Source of the DNA: an uncultured Bacteroidota bacterium
Lineage (GTDB): Bacteria; Bacteroidota; Bacteroidia; NS11-12g; UBA9320
DNA: 64,000 bases
Assembly (NCBI GenBank): GCA_937124965.1
Contig: CAKZLB010000013.1
Span: forward strand, 299,154-363,153
Direction of reading: 5' to 3'
Shown here: positions 49,230 to 59,120 of the stretch, in pieces
How the letters are laid out: each line of letters starts with the position of its first letter
Position numbering within the stretch: the stretch's first letter is position 1
The notes under the pieces: generated by a model
The model's input: only the letters and a program-made list of their open reading frames with translations
Told to the model about the DNA's origin: nothing
Databases searched by the model: none
Made by a program: the position numbers and the translations under genes

Positions 49230-49934
49230 ATGAAATGTTTTACAATACTATTACTTCTACTTACATCATTTTTCGCAAGAAGTCAAGAAATTCTCATGAT
49301 GTATACTCAATCTATTGATATAACTGGTGGTGCTAGTCTGACAAAATTTCATGATTTCGCAAATAAACACTGGCGACAAAATGGATATTCAAACTATAAG
49401 ACTAGACCTGGATATGTCATTCGCATTGGTCTAGACTTACCGTATCACGGAAAAATAAATCCGAGATTTGACTTGACCCTTGAAAACTATGGCGGCTACA
49501 TCAACGTTGACGAATCTAGTCCGGCAGGAAGTTTTGGAACAAAAGGAGATGTCCGAAAAACGAACCTTACTTTAGGTCTAACCGCGATTCACTACGCCAA
49601 TTTTTGGAAAAACTTAAAAGTCGTTAGTGGCCCAACTATTTCTGGTTTGGTTTCTGAAAAAGCCAGCGGTTCATTCGATTACTTGAACACATCTCATGAC
49701 CTAGACAAAGATTACAACCCATTTAACTCAAAAGTACTTTTAGGATATCGTATAGGAATTGTTAAGGCGTTTGGGTTAACGGAGAAATATGGAATCAGCC
49801 TTCAGTATATGTGGAGCCTCACTTTAACCAAAGAATTTCGGGAGTATCCCAGCACTACGCGTGCCGGCAGACATGCGGTGACTGTTGGTTTATATAAAAA
49901 TAGAAAGAAAAAGAATGTTGCATATAAAATATGA
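49230..49934 (+). CDS. Hypothetical outer-membrane beta-barrel-like protein
   Basis: Signal peptide 'MKCFTILLLLLTSFFARSQE'. Alternating beta pattern. Aromatic C-terminal residue pattern. Confidence 0.45.
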   Translation: MKCFTILLLLLTSFFARSQEILMMYTQSIDITGGASLTKFHDFANKHWRQNGYSNYKTRPGYVIRIGLDLPYHGKINPRFDLTLENYGGYINVDESSPAGSFGTKGDVRKTNLTLGLTAIHYANFWKNLKVVSGPTISGLVSEKASGSFDYLNTSHDLDKDYNPFNSKVLLGYRIGIVKAFGLTEKYGISLQYMWSLTLTKEFREYPSTTRAGRHAVTVGLYKNRKKKNVAYKI

Positions 49935-50050
49935 ATGTAACCTATTTTCACATTAATGATTTAGCATAAAAAAATGAACAACTACTAATGAATAGCTAAT
50001 TTTGTATAAATTGGTTGCACTCCCTCAATGTGATTGTGCTACCATCATAA

Positions 50051-50161
50051 GATTCTTCGCTCAATCATATTCAATCGATAGATTCCAAATTTCGTTTCGC
50101 TCTGAATGACGTTTCCATAGGATAAACCAGAAAAGGACCTTTCTAAGAAGCCTGCCTGGCG
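50051..50161. repeat. Dispersed intergenic repeat family (copy B)
   Basis: gattcttcgct (50051-61), cgctctgaatgacgtttcc (50098-116), aagcctgcctggcg (50148-161). All three are shared with copy C and/or A. Confidence 0.4.
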
Positions 50162-50398
50162 TCCATAGCCGTTAACTTAACAAGTCAAGTGTTTGGTAAT
50201 GTGCGTCAGACAGGGAGGCACTACTGAAGAATCTACTACATTCGAAAAACGTTGTCAATTACCAACTATTCATTGTTCATTGTCCGTTATTCACTAATAA
50301 GTGTTCACCAATTTTCAATTTCCAACTATCAACTCTTCACAATTCGTTATTCATTAACTTTGACCACACCTTCTAACCATGAAACATCGAATAACATT

Positions 50399-50995
50399 AT
50401 GAATCCAATCTTATTCAGCATTTTAACTTTTGTTCTACTTGCTCAAAATACATATACATTTGGACAACGTAGTGATTCCTTAGAATTAGATCTACATACA
50501 GATCATGACACGTTTTTTATCATAAAAGAAAATGTACCTCAAAGCAAATTGTGGGGTAACTGTTGGCACTTTGCAGCTTCATATAACCGATGTTTAGGCA
50601 ATGAATTTGACGTAAATATGGGTCGAACCTATGGCTCATATTTTTGTTCTGGAGGAGGCTGTATGTACAAAACCTATAGCTGGGGTTTGGGTTATGCGTT
50701 AAACTCTTTTGAATCGGAATATCACCATCTAGCAAAGGTCTATTACGAACATACATTCTTTTACTTCCCACCAATATCCTACGGACTTCGAATGGAGTAC
50801 TTTTACGACTTTAATCAAAATAGCAGCTATATCAGGCCTGCAATTGGCTTGTCTTTCATTTATCTTGATATCCTATATAACTATTCATTACCACTAAACA
50901 CGGATGATAACATGTACAATCACGGAGTTACGCTTCGAATAAAACTGTTTCAAAAACTATCAAATTGGCAATACAATCACCCGAACAAATGCTAA
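50399..50995 (+). CDS. Hypothetical secreted protein
   Basis: Signal peptide begins at internal ATG 50399 (MNPILFSILTFVLLAQ). The track start 50252 would translate the repeat-rich leader. Confidence 0.45.
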   Translation: MNPILFSILTFVLLAQNTYTFGQRSDSLELDLHTDHDTFFIIKENVPQSKLWGNCWHFAASYNRCLGNEFDVNMGRTYGSYFCSGGGCMYKTYSWGLGYALNSFESEYHHLAKVYYEHTFFYFPPISYGLRMEYFYDFNQNSSYIRPAIGLSFIYLDILYNYSLPLNTDDNMYNHGVTLRIKLFQKLSNWQYNHPNKC

Positions 50996-51064
50996 TTAAC
51001 CACAGGTTACCAATAATCAGTTCATTAACGCCAATCTCAATATCTTTGTTGAAGTTCTTCACAC

Positions 51065-51844
51065 ATGAACAAACCCGAAATAAGAACAATAAATGTCGTT
51101 CAGTATCTCAGTCCATTGAGAGAAGGTGGTTCGTTGCCTGCAATTGTAAAGGCTGACGATGACTTCCTGTATGTCTTAAAGTTTCGTGGAGCTGGACAAG
51201 GCAAGAAAGCACTAATTGCAGAATTGATCGGTGGGGAAATTGCACGGGTCTTGGGATTAAATGTTCCTGAACTGGTTTTCATGAACTTGGATGACTCATT
51301 TAGTAAAACTGAACCCGATGAAGAAATTCAGGATTTATTGCGATTTAGCGTTGGGTTAAATTTAGGATTGCATTTTTTATCACGTGCTATAACCTATGAT
51401 CCGTTGGTATCTATTGCCGATTCAAAATCGGCTTCTCTTGTTGTCTTGCTGGATAGCATGATTTCAAACATCGATCGAACCGCAAAAAACACAAACCTAT
51501 TAAACTGGAATCACGAGTTGTGGCTGATTGACCATGGGGCAAGCCTTTATTTTCATCATGATTGGGACAATTGGGAATCACATTTAAACAGAACATTTCC
51601 TAAAATAAAAGACCATGTTTTGCTGGCTAAAGCCAGTCATCTGAACGAAGCAGCAGAAGACATTAAACATTTGTTGAGCGATGAAGTAATTGAAAATATC
51701 GTTTCAATAATTCCAGAAGATTGGTTAATCGAAGAGTCAAACCCCATTAGTCCAAACGAAATACGTTCTGCGTACAAGGCATTTTTAATTTCAAAAGTCT
51801 CCAATATTGACGTATTGGCAAAAGAAGCTGCCGATGCAAAATAA
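51065..51844 (+). CDS. HipA-like C-terminal kinase-fold domain protein
   Basis: 'DDFLYVLKFRGAGQGKKALIAE', 'ISNIDRTAKNTNLL…LWLIDHGASLYF' resembles the HipA catalytic / Mg-binding loops. No HipA N-terminal domain. Confidence 0.45.
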   Translation: MNKPEIRTINVVQYLSPLREGGSLPAIVKADDDFLYVLKFRGAGQGKKALIAELIGGEIARVLGLNVPELVFMNLDDSFSKTEPDEEIQDLLRFSVGLNLGLHFLSRAITYDPLVSIADSKSASLVVLLDSMISNIDRTAKNTNLLNWNHELWLIDHGASLYFHHDWDNWESHLNRTFPKIKDHVLLAKASHLNEAAEDIKHLLSDEVIENIVSIIPEDWLIEESNPISPNEIRSAYKAFLISKVSNIDVLAKEAADAK

Positions 51845-52217
51845 AGTCACCTATGAATTTGCAGTAATACGTGTGGTTCCTAAAGTAGAGCGCGAGGAAT
51901 TCATGAATGTTGGGGTACTATTATTTTCTAAACCAAAGAAGTACCTTGGAATGAAATACGCTGTTAACGAAAACCGTCTCAAGGCGTTTGCTCCTGATAT
52001 AGAAATCGATGACATCATCAATTACTTGAACGCGTGGGAATCAGTTTGTGATGGAAGTCCGAACGGTGGAACCATAGGCACTTTCGACATTGCTTCACGC
52101 TTTCGTTGGTTGGCTGCTTCAAGAAGTACTATCATCCAAAGTTCAAAAACGCATCCAGGTCTGTGTTCCAACCCAGAGAAAGTATTGGAAGAGTTGTTTG
52201 AGTTGTATGTTTTGTGA
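51834..52217 (+). CDS. DUF3037 domain protein
   Basis: 'VTYEFAVIRVVPKVEREEFMNVGVLLF' matches the DUF3037 N-terminal signature. ATG 51834 overlaps the upstream stop by 11 nt. Confidence 0.45.
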   Translation: MQNKVTYEFAVIRVVPKVEREEFMNVGVLLFSKPKKYLGMKYAVNENRLKAFAPDIEIDDIINYLNAWESVCDGSPNGGTIGTFDIASRFRWLAASRSTIIQSSKTHPGLCSNPEKVLEELFELYVL

Positions 52218-52278
52218 TGGAGGAGTGGTGAAATAGGGCAATGCTACAAGGAGGCAATAGCTGGAACACAATTCATGG

Positions 52279-52426
52279 GATTCTTCGCTTACGTATTTCA
52301 ACTCCTTTTTATAATCCTTCATAACGCTTTGAATGACGTCGCTGGCCAGCAATAAAATCAATGACGTTACTACTCGTTGAGGACGAAACTCCAATCAATG
52401 TCGTCACTCACAAGCCTGCATGTCGG
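52279..52426. repeat. Dispersed intergenic repeat family (copy C)
   Basis: gattcttcgct (52279-89), cgctttgaatgacgtcgc (52326-43), aagcctgcatgtcgg (52412-26). Confidence 0.4.
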
Positions 52427-52533
52427 TCGTATGTACTTGTACATCAACAGACATAATCGCTAGACGGGCAGACGACTAAAGAGGCTCAACATTCCATTTA
52501 AGAACAATTCCGTTTTTTTAGTAAGTTGCGATT

Positions 52534-53364
52534 TTGATGACGAAACCCAAGAAACTTCTTTCCCAACGTCACCCGTTGCTTTACTTTATTTCCATTTGGG
52601 AGAAAAGAGTACGGCGACGAATTACGTGGTTGATTGACAAAAAAAAATATACAACTCATAAATCCGCAAAGCCTCTATCCTTCCGAGTAAAAAAACACCA
52701 ATCTAAGTTATTGAAAAAACTTGGCGAGTCCGACATGGTGCTTCAATACAACAAAATTGAGAACCTAAAGCTTGTTGTGGAACAGATAAACGGAACCATA
52801 ATGAAACCAGGAGAAACGTTTTCATTTTGTAAAACGGTTGGCTTACCTACCCAGAAAAAAGGGTATAAGTTAGGAATGGAACTATCGTTTGGAAAAGCAC
52901 AAGAAGGCATTGGCGGTGGAATTTGCCAAAGCTCAAATCTCTTGCACTGGCTTGCATTGCACTCTCCATTAGCCATTAACGAGCGGCATCATCATAGTTT
53001 TGATCCTTTTCCAGACGACGGCCGCGTGTTACCTTTTGCAAGTGGAGCAACAGTCTTCTACAACTATCTTGATTTTCAACTTACTAATAACACAGAACAT
53101 ACATTTCAACTTAATTTATGGCTGACCGATAAATTGTTAGAAGGGGAGATTCGAGTTAACGAAGAACTAGATTTCAATTATCACGTTCAGGAAAAGAATC
53201 ATACGTTTTTAAAAAAAGGCAATGTTTACTATCGAACCAATGAAATCTGGAGAACTAAACACGCAAAATTTAAGGCTGGAAAATTACTTGAAGAAGAAAA
53301 GATTTACACGAATATGTGTCGAGTGATGTATGTTCCAGAAAACGTGGATATTTCTGATCTTTAG
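52534..53364 (+). CDS. VanW-family protein
   Basis: 'KPGETFSFCKTVGLPTQKKGYKLGMELSFGKAQEGIGGGICQSSNLLHWLALHSPL' matches the VanW core (G.GY..G…GGGICQ.S..L). Confidence 0.7.
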   Translation: MMTKPKKLLSQRHPLLYFISIWEKRVRRRITWLIDKKKYTTHKSAKPLSFRVKKHQSKLLKKLGESDMVLQYNKIENLKLVVEQINGTIMKPGETFSFCKTVGLPTQKKGYKLGMELSFGKAQEGIGGGICQSSNLLHWLALHSPLAINERHHHSFDPFPDDGRVLPFASGATVFYNYLDFQLTNNTEHTFQLNLWLTDKLLEGEIRVNEELDFNYHVQEKNHTFLKKGNVYYRTNEIWRTKHAKFKAGKLLEEEKIYTNMCRVMYVPENVDISDL

Positions 53365-53391
53365 AGGAATGTTTTTGTATGTTGCAATTAT

Positions 53392-53952
53392 ATGAGTCAA
53401 CTTTTCACTTTTGTAATAATCACTTCATTCTGTTTATGTTTTACTTCTTGTTCAACTAAGGCACACGAAAAAAGTTCAGCCAAGAATTCTGTCGTAAGCC
53501 AATTCGAAAAACCCATTTTAACAAGAGTTAAGTCGCACGGAATTACATTTAAAGCATCATTAGAACCCATTGTAAAAAATAGTTTAAGACCTAGAATAGT
53601 CAATGGCACCATATACAACAGTACAGCTAAACCCGTTTACTATTTATCATCTTCGTGCAATGGCTTGGACTATTATCTTAAATTTTCACAAGAAACCGCA
53701 CAAGCAACGCCATTGATTCAATGTAACGCTTCATATCCACTTATTGGAGTCATTCATAGTAAAGACTCTTTGGCATTTGACACATACATTCATAAAGACT
53801 CAGGAGAAGTTCAGGTAGGTATTGATTTCAGACAAATAAACATGATGATACCTCGGCAAAAATTAATCGATTCACCTGCATTAGTAAACAAAATTTATAA
53901 TGCAACGACAAACCCAGACGATATTCTTTGGAGCATTGAACTTATTGATTAA
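53392..53952 (+). CDS. Hypothetical lipoprotein
   Basis: Signal peptide plus lipobox 'CFTSCST'. Confidence 0.45.
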   Translation: MSQLFTFVIITSFCLCFTSCSTKAHEKSSAKNSVVSQFEKPILTRVKSHGITFKASLEPIVKNSLRPRIVNGTIYNSTAKPVYYLSSSCNGLDYYLKFSQETAQATPLIQCNASYPLIGVIHSKDSLAFDTYIHKDSGEVQVGIDFRQINMMIPRQKLIDSPALVNKIYNATTNPDDILWSIELID

Positions 53953-54119
53953 TCTGTTGAATCGATGATTGTTGCTTGATGATTCCCAATACTAAAAAAG
54001 TCGTTTTGAGTAATTCAAATACGAAAATTTGTATTGATGCATCAGTTTCTGATTACTTACTAATAAATCGTATTAACTGATTAATAGCTACTTTCGACTA
54101 ACCATAGAACCGCTTAAAT

Positions 54120-54971
54120 ATGACTAGAATGAATTCACATAAAAGGATTTGGAGATCGATTTTACTTTGTTCTGTTTTCTTGTTTAGCTGTTCGCAAATT
54201 TTGTTTGAACATGCAATGCCTGCTTCTGGGAGGGTAATTCAGAAACTTCCGTCATCATTTTCAGGAGAATACTTGTCTTTTAATTTTGATTCATCCTCAA
54301 TAACCGGAACGATGACAAAAATTAAAGTAACCGACAAACCGTTTCCAAGCGTCGCTCAATTTGATCTTCTTTTTATGGATAGTGCAACTTGGTATGGAAA
54401 ACATTCATTTGGAATAGACACGGTGTGGTTTGAAAACAATAAATTACTGGTTAAGTCTGGATCTAAAAAGTTACAACTGTCTCTGAAAGATACCTTAAGC
54501 TCAAGTAAAGACACTAGTGATTCATTCTTTCCTCGCTCTGTTAAAAACAATGAGTCCGTTAGCTTTGAAATACGAAAATATCGCGACGCGTGTTACCTCA
54601 ACACATTGGATACTTTAAACCATTATGTAACCGTTAAACTATGGTTTGACGACGACGATTTATTAATCAATCCTTTTTATCTTTTTGACAATACTGAGAA
54701 GTCAAGTTCTGGAGACTCCGTAGCAACCATGATAGAGCGTTACAATCTCAGTAAAATAATAAAAGACTCCAGTAGCTGGTCTCAGGACTATCTTGCAAAT
54801 ATTACAGACGACCAATTTTGGGCATTAGAAAAAGAATTCGAACTACGCAAACCATATGTCCGCCTGTATCGTCTAAACAAGAATTCAGGGCAATGGCTAA
54901 TTGGTTTACTAGTATTTGGGGTAATCTTTTTGGTGCTGTTAATCGAATTCTCGAAGCATGAACTCGTTTAG
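54120..54971 (+). CDS. Hypothetical protein with N-terminal signal and C-terminal TM anchor
   Basis: 'WLIGLLVFGVIFLVLLI' near the C-terminus. No domain recognised. Confidence 0.4.
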   Translation: MTRMNSHKRIWRSILLCSVFLFSCSQILFEHAMPASGRVIQKLPSSFSGEYLSFNFDSSSITGTMTKIKVTDKPFPSVAQFDLLFMDSATWYGKHSFGIDTVWFENNKLLVKSGSKKLQLSLKDTLSSSKDTSDSFFPRSVKNNESVSFEIRKYRDACYLNTLDTLNHYVTVKLWFDDDDLLINPFYLFDNTEKSSSGDSVATMIERYNLSKIIKDSSSWSQDYLANITDDQFWALEKEFELRKPYVRLYRLNKNSGQWLIGLLVFGVIFLVLLIEFSKHELV

Positions 54972-55034
54972 TAAAGGTTGAGTCGAGAATGCTACATTTA
55001 GTATATGAGGTAATGAGATAATGGAAAAACAGCA

Positions 55035-55862
55035 CTAACAACCTGGAAAACCCAGTGTAAACTCATATTCCTGTTCAACAACCTGACCATTATTAATTGC
55101 TGGCGACCAAAGTGGCATGTCTCGCACTAACCGAAGTGCTGTTTCGTCTAAATATGTATCTCCACTTGTTCCAGTTAAACGAACATCTTCAACTTCACCT
55201 TGCTTATTCACCGTAAACCACACTCGTGTTTGAGTAGGATCTTCAAAGTTTTCCAACGTCCGAATAAGCGTATCGTATTGTTTCATATAATCTTGTAACC
55301 CTGCCATACCTCTCTTAAAGACAGCCTGATGCTCTGGCACAACCGTTAAATTCAACACCATTTCTTGAGAGTCATATTTCTCAGTTATAGAGTTTTTCAT
55401 CAAATAACTAACGCGCACATTTAGTATTGCATTCAAAGGAGTGTTTACTAACAGTTCTCGTTGACTTGTGTTGAATATGTTGTTTAAACCAGTTGCGACA
55501 ATCGTATCTTCCTTGGTAATAGCAGACAGCTGCACTGAAACGTATTTATCAATCCAATTTTTTGGGTAATTTTTATAAATATCATTTAGTTCTTTTGCTT
55601 CACCCATTTCAAGCTGCGTCACTGATCTAGTTTGCAGCCCTCTTAGATTAAACCACAAACTTGAATAATTCCGTTTGGGTTTTGTTTCCTCCGCTTTAAC
55701 TATATCTATTTTATACTCCTCAGTAGAATTGCATTCTGCATTTTTATCTACCTCAGGTGATTCACATGTAACGTTGTTCTTAGTCCTATTGACCACCGAG
55801 GCAATGGTCACCATTCCCATAACCAAAACTAAACTTCCTAAAATCAATGCTTTTCTACTCAT
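55035..55862 (-). CDS. Hypothetical signal-anchored protein with TonB-C-like C-terminal domain
   Basis: N-terminal TM. C-terminal 'VWFTVNKQGEVEDVRL…SGDTYLDETALRLVRDMP.WSPA..NG' resembles a TonB_C / energy-transducer fold. Confidence 0.4.
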   Translation of the reverse strand: MSRKALILGSLVLVMGMVTIASVVNRTKNNVTCESPEVDKNAECNSTEEYKIDIVKAEETKPKRNYSSLWFNLRGLQTRSVTQLEMGEAKELNDIYKNYPKNWIDKYVSVQLSAITKEDTIVATGLNNIFNTSQRELLVNTPLNAILNVRVSYLMKNSITEKYDSQEMVLNLTVVPEHQAVFKRGMAGLQDYMKQYDTLIRTLENFEDPTQTRVWFTVNKQGEVEDVRLTGTSGDTYLDETALRLVRDMPLWSPAINNGQVVEQEYEFTLGFPGC

Positions 55863-55955
55863 ATCTATAATTGTTATACAGCAAATCTAAATTCACTTGT
55901 TTCACAGTTCTGAAAACGATTTGTTAAAAGATGTTAATGAAATGTAAATACTCCT

Positions 55956-57248
55956 TTGCCTATCCATGATTTCGCTAATTTCGTTGGAATGGCCGTCAAA
56001 AACATACGTTATATTTTACTCTTAATGCTCATTACGCTTGCTGCATTATTTGTTACACAAGCGTATTGGTTCAAAAAAAGCTTCCAACTTGAAGAGAGAC
56101 AGTTTGAAGATTCGTTAAATGTTGCTCTAAGGAGCGTTGCGGATCAACTACTAAAATCAAACAATGACACCACACAACGAATTGCACCAATTCAAAAACT
56201 GTCTTCCAATGAGTTTTTCGTTCAAACCGATTGCTATTATACGCTTCATGAGTTAGATAGCTTACTAAAATATGAGTTTAAAGCCAGGTCACTGGACTTT
56301 GATTATGACTATATGATGTTAGAGGCTGGCACCACTGAGATCGTCCTTGGAAACAGCGTTCCTGGGATACTCGACATTAACAATGTTGCGTGTCGTTCAA
56401 GAGACGGAGTTGCCGATTACTATGATTTTAAGATTCGATTAACCAACAAAAAGGCGTTCTTGCTGAATTCACTAGGTATATGGATGTTTTCATCATCGAC
56501 ATTGTTAATTATACTGGCTGTTTTTGTTTTCATTATCGTCTTCATTCTCCGTGGTCGTAAGTTGGCCATTCAAAAAGCAAACTTTGTCAACAATATGACC
56601 CACGAACTAAAGACGCCTATTTCAAACATTGCTGTCGCGTCAGATGCAATTCGAAACAAAAACCGAAAATTAGACCAGAACAAACTTGAGACGTATGCCG
56701 AAATCATTTATAACGAAAATGACCGTTTAAATAAACTAGTCGATTCGGTATTAGAGCTCTCTTCATTGGAAAAAAACGAACAATCATTTTCATTTGAAGA
56801 AGTTGATATTCACAAAATAATCTCAGAAACATCCCGTCGATTTAAACCAATTATAGATCAACGAAACGGAGAAGTAATATTGCATTTGGATGCAGAAACT
56901 AGTGTCGCTTCGGCTGACAAATTGCATGTATCCAATGTTGTCTACAACTTGATAGAAAACGCATTAAAGTTTTCTAAAGACGAACCAGAAGTAGTAATCG
57001 AAACAAGAAATATTGACGGCAAGTTGGAGATTTCAATTTCAGACAAAGGAGTTGGAATTAACGTAGAAGATCAAGACTACATTTTTGAAAATTTTTATCG
57101 TGTTCAATCCGGAAATGTGCACAGCACAAAAGGTTTTGGGCTTGGATTATCGTACGTAAAACTTGTTATTGAAAAACATGGTGGTAGCCTTTCATTTTCT
57201 AGCAAAGAAGGTTTTGGCAGCACGTTTAATGTTTATCTTGCCGTTTGA
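55956..57248 (+). CDS. Sensor histidine kinase
   Basis: Two TM helices. HisKA H-box 'NFVNNMTHELKTPISNI'. N/G1/G2 boxes 'NLIENALKF', 'ISDKGVGI', 'GFGLGLSYVK'. Confidence 0.8.
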   Translation: MPIHDFANFVGMAVKNIRYILLLMLITLAALFVTQAYWFKKSFQLEERQFEDSLNVALRSVADQLLKSNNDTTQRIAPIQKLSSNEFFVQTDCYYTLHELDSLLKYEFKARSLDFDYDYMMLEAGTTEIVLGNSVPGILDINNVACRSRDGVADYYDFKIRLTNKKAFLLNSLGIWMFSSSTLLIILAVFVFIIVFILRGRKLAIQKANFVNNMTHELKTPISNIAVASDAIRNKNRKLDQNKLETYAEIIYNENDRLNKLVDSVLELSSLEKNEQSFSFEEVDIHKIISETSRRFKPIIDQRNGEVILHLDAETSVASADKLHVSNVVYNLIENALKFSKDEPEVVIETRNIDGKLEISISDKGVGINVEDQDYIFENFYRVQSGNVHSTKGFGLGLSYVKLVIEKHGGSLSFSSKEGFGSTFNVYLAV

Positions 57249-57943
57249 CTATGTCAGGAGCGAAAAAAAGAATCTTACTGGTTGAAGATGACAAAAGCAT
57301 GGGCTATTTGTTGAAGGATACGTTAGAAAACTATGGCTTTGAACTAACTCATTATACAGATGGTCAATCCGCATATTCAGCGTTTAAGTTAAATGCGTTC
57401 GATCTTTGTTTATTGGATGTAATGATGCCCGTCATGGATGGCTTTACGTTGGCTAAGAAAATTCGAAAAATCTCAGAAACGGTTCCAATCGTTTTCCTTA
57501 CCGCCAAAGCCCTCAAGGAAGACAGAATTGAAGGTTTTAAAATCGGAGCTGATGATTATGTAACCAAACCCTTCAGTGTTGAAGAATTGGCATTGCGCAT
57601 TAAAGCCATTTTAAAACGTGGGGTCATAACCCCACAACTACAACCCACCCTTTCATTCTCTGAGTGTACTCTGGACATTACGAATTTGACCCTTGTTTGC
57701 AACAATGAACTGCGTCAGTTAACGCAAAAAGAAGCCGACCTACTAGCTCTTTTTATCAGGAATCAGAATGTATTAATGAAACGTGCGTTTATCCTAAATG
57801 AGGTTTGGAAAGACGATAATTACTTTGTCGGGAGAAGTTTAGATGTATTCATTTCGAAGCTTCGAAAGTATTTAAAAGATGACTCTAATATCCAAATCGT
57901 GAACATTCACGGTGCGGGTTATCGGTTTGAGGTAAAGGTTTAA
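57245..57943 (+). CDS. OmpR-family response regulator
   Basis: Receiver 'ILLVEDD…LLDVMMP.MDG'. Winged-helix C-terminus '…GAGYRFEV'. 4-nt overlap with the kinase gene. Confidence 0.85.
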   Translation: MTMSGAKKRILLVEDDKSMGYLLKDTLENYGFELTHYTDGQSAYSAFKLNAFDLCLLDVMMPVMDGFTLAKKIRKISETVPIVFLTAKALKEDRIEGFKIGADDYVTKPFSVEELALRIKAILKRGVITPQLQPTLSFSECTLDITNLTLVCNNELRQLTQKEADLLALFIRNQNVLMKRAFILNEVWKDDNYFVGRSLDVFISKLRKYLKDDSNIQIVNIHGAGYRFEVKV

Positions 57944-58027
57944 GTTTTCACATTAACAAAGCAAAAAATTCTCTCAATTTTCTTTTTGTAGATTTGGTAC
58001 TAGAAATAAAAGCAGTCAGGGTCCAAA

Positions 58028-58984
58028 ATGCAATATGAAAATTTAATTCTAATCAAAGGTGGAAACTACTTAGACGTAAAAAAAGCGCTGGAAGACTGGC
58101 TTTCAAATTATCAAGACTCCTTCCAACACCAATTCATTTTTGAGTTATTTAAATTAGATGACCGCTTATTTGCTATTCAAGTCGACAGGAGACTTGACAA
58201 TGATCGGTTTTATTATTTAGTAAATTTCCTACAGTATCCTTTTGACATTACGTACACTGTTCAAGTCGAGGGCTTTACAATAGAAAAAGACGTTTCAGAA
58301 CTTGAGGGAGAAGAGTTGCTTATTTATATTTCGGAAGACGATACCGATTACGATTGTGTATATGTCACAACTAGTCAAAATGAGCATTATAAAATTGACT
58401 TTGGAGGAAGGGTAACTGAAACTGAAGAGACTAAGTCGTACTATCACCCCGAGAATCTCAACTTGCAAAACCCCGAAATTTTTAAAACGGAAAAGGTCAC
58501 ATCAGATCATATTAACGGAAAACCAGTAGATGAAATATCTAAATTACCAAAACGACTAATCATTTGCTCTGCTTTATCTGCACTGTTACTCGGTCTCAAT
58601 CATTTTATTATGAGTAGTGGTAGAGATTTTTTCGCAGTTGTTTTTTTTATCACCGCAGGAATTGCGGGATGGTTATTTTTTGATTACAAACTTTTACAGC
58701 GTCCACGTTTATACTTAGGAGGTTTGATCTTGTCTTTTGCTGTATTATTATATGGTGCGTACCTGAGCAACAACTTTACATTCACAGAGTCAAAGATTGC
58801 ACTTTTAGGTTCTTTCTTTCCAATGGTGCTTCTTTTGACGCAGCTTCCGGCTCGTTGGATATTTAAGCGTATCATGAAACGAGAACCGATTGTCGACAAA
58901 CCGGCACCTTCCCTTGCCGATTTTATTTATATGGCTACATTAGGAATACCATTATTTTTTTTGCTTATTTTCTTCGCCAGGTAA
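58028..58984 (+). CDS. Hypothetical membrane protein
   Basis: Soluble N-terminal ~170 aa, then 4-5 TM helices. Confidence 0.4.
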   Translation: MQYENLILIKGGNYLDVKKALEDWLSNYQDSFQHQFIFELFKLDDRLFAIQVDRRLDNDRFYYLVNFLQYPFDITYTVQVEGFTIEKDVSELEGEELLIYISEDDTDYDCVYVTTSQNEHYKIDFGGRVTETEETKSYYHPENLNLQNPEIFKTEKVTSDHINGKPVDEISKLPKRLIICSALSALLLGLNHFIMSSGRDFFAVVFFITAGIAGWLFFDYKLLQRPRLYLGGLILSFAVLLYGAYLSNNFTFTESKIALLGSFFPMVLLLTQLPARWIFKRIMKREPIVDKPAPSLADFIYMATLGIPLFFLLIFFAR

Positions 58985-59120
58985 ATACTACTAAGATGAT
59001 GGATACGGACAACATAATCGACGCGGAATTGAATGAAATAGGTCCATTATCAACCAATTTAACGTTTTTTATTTTTCCTATATTTGACAATAAAGCTTCT
59101 CTAACCAAAAATCTAAACAC

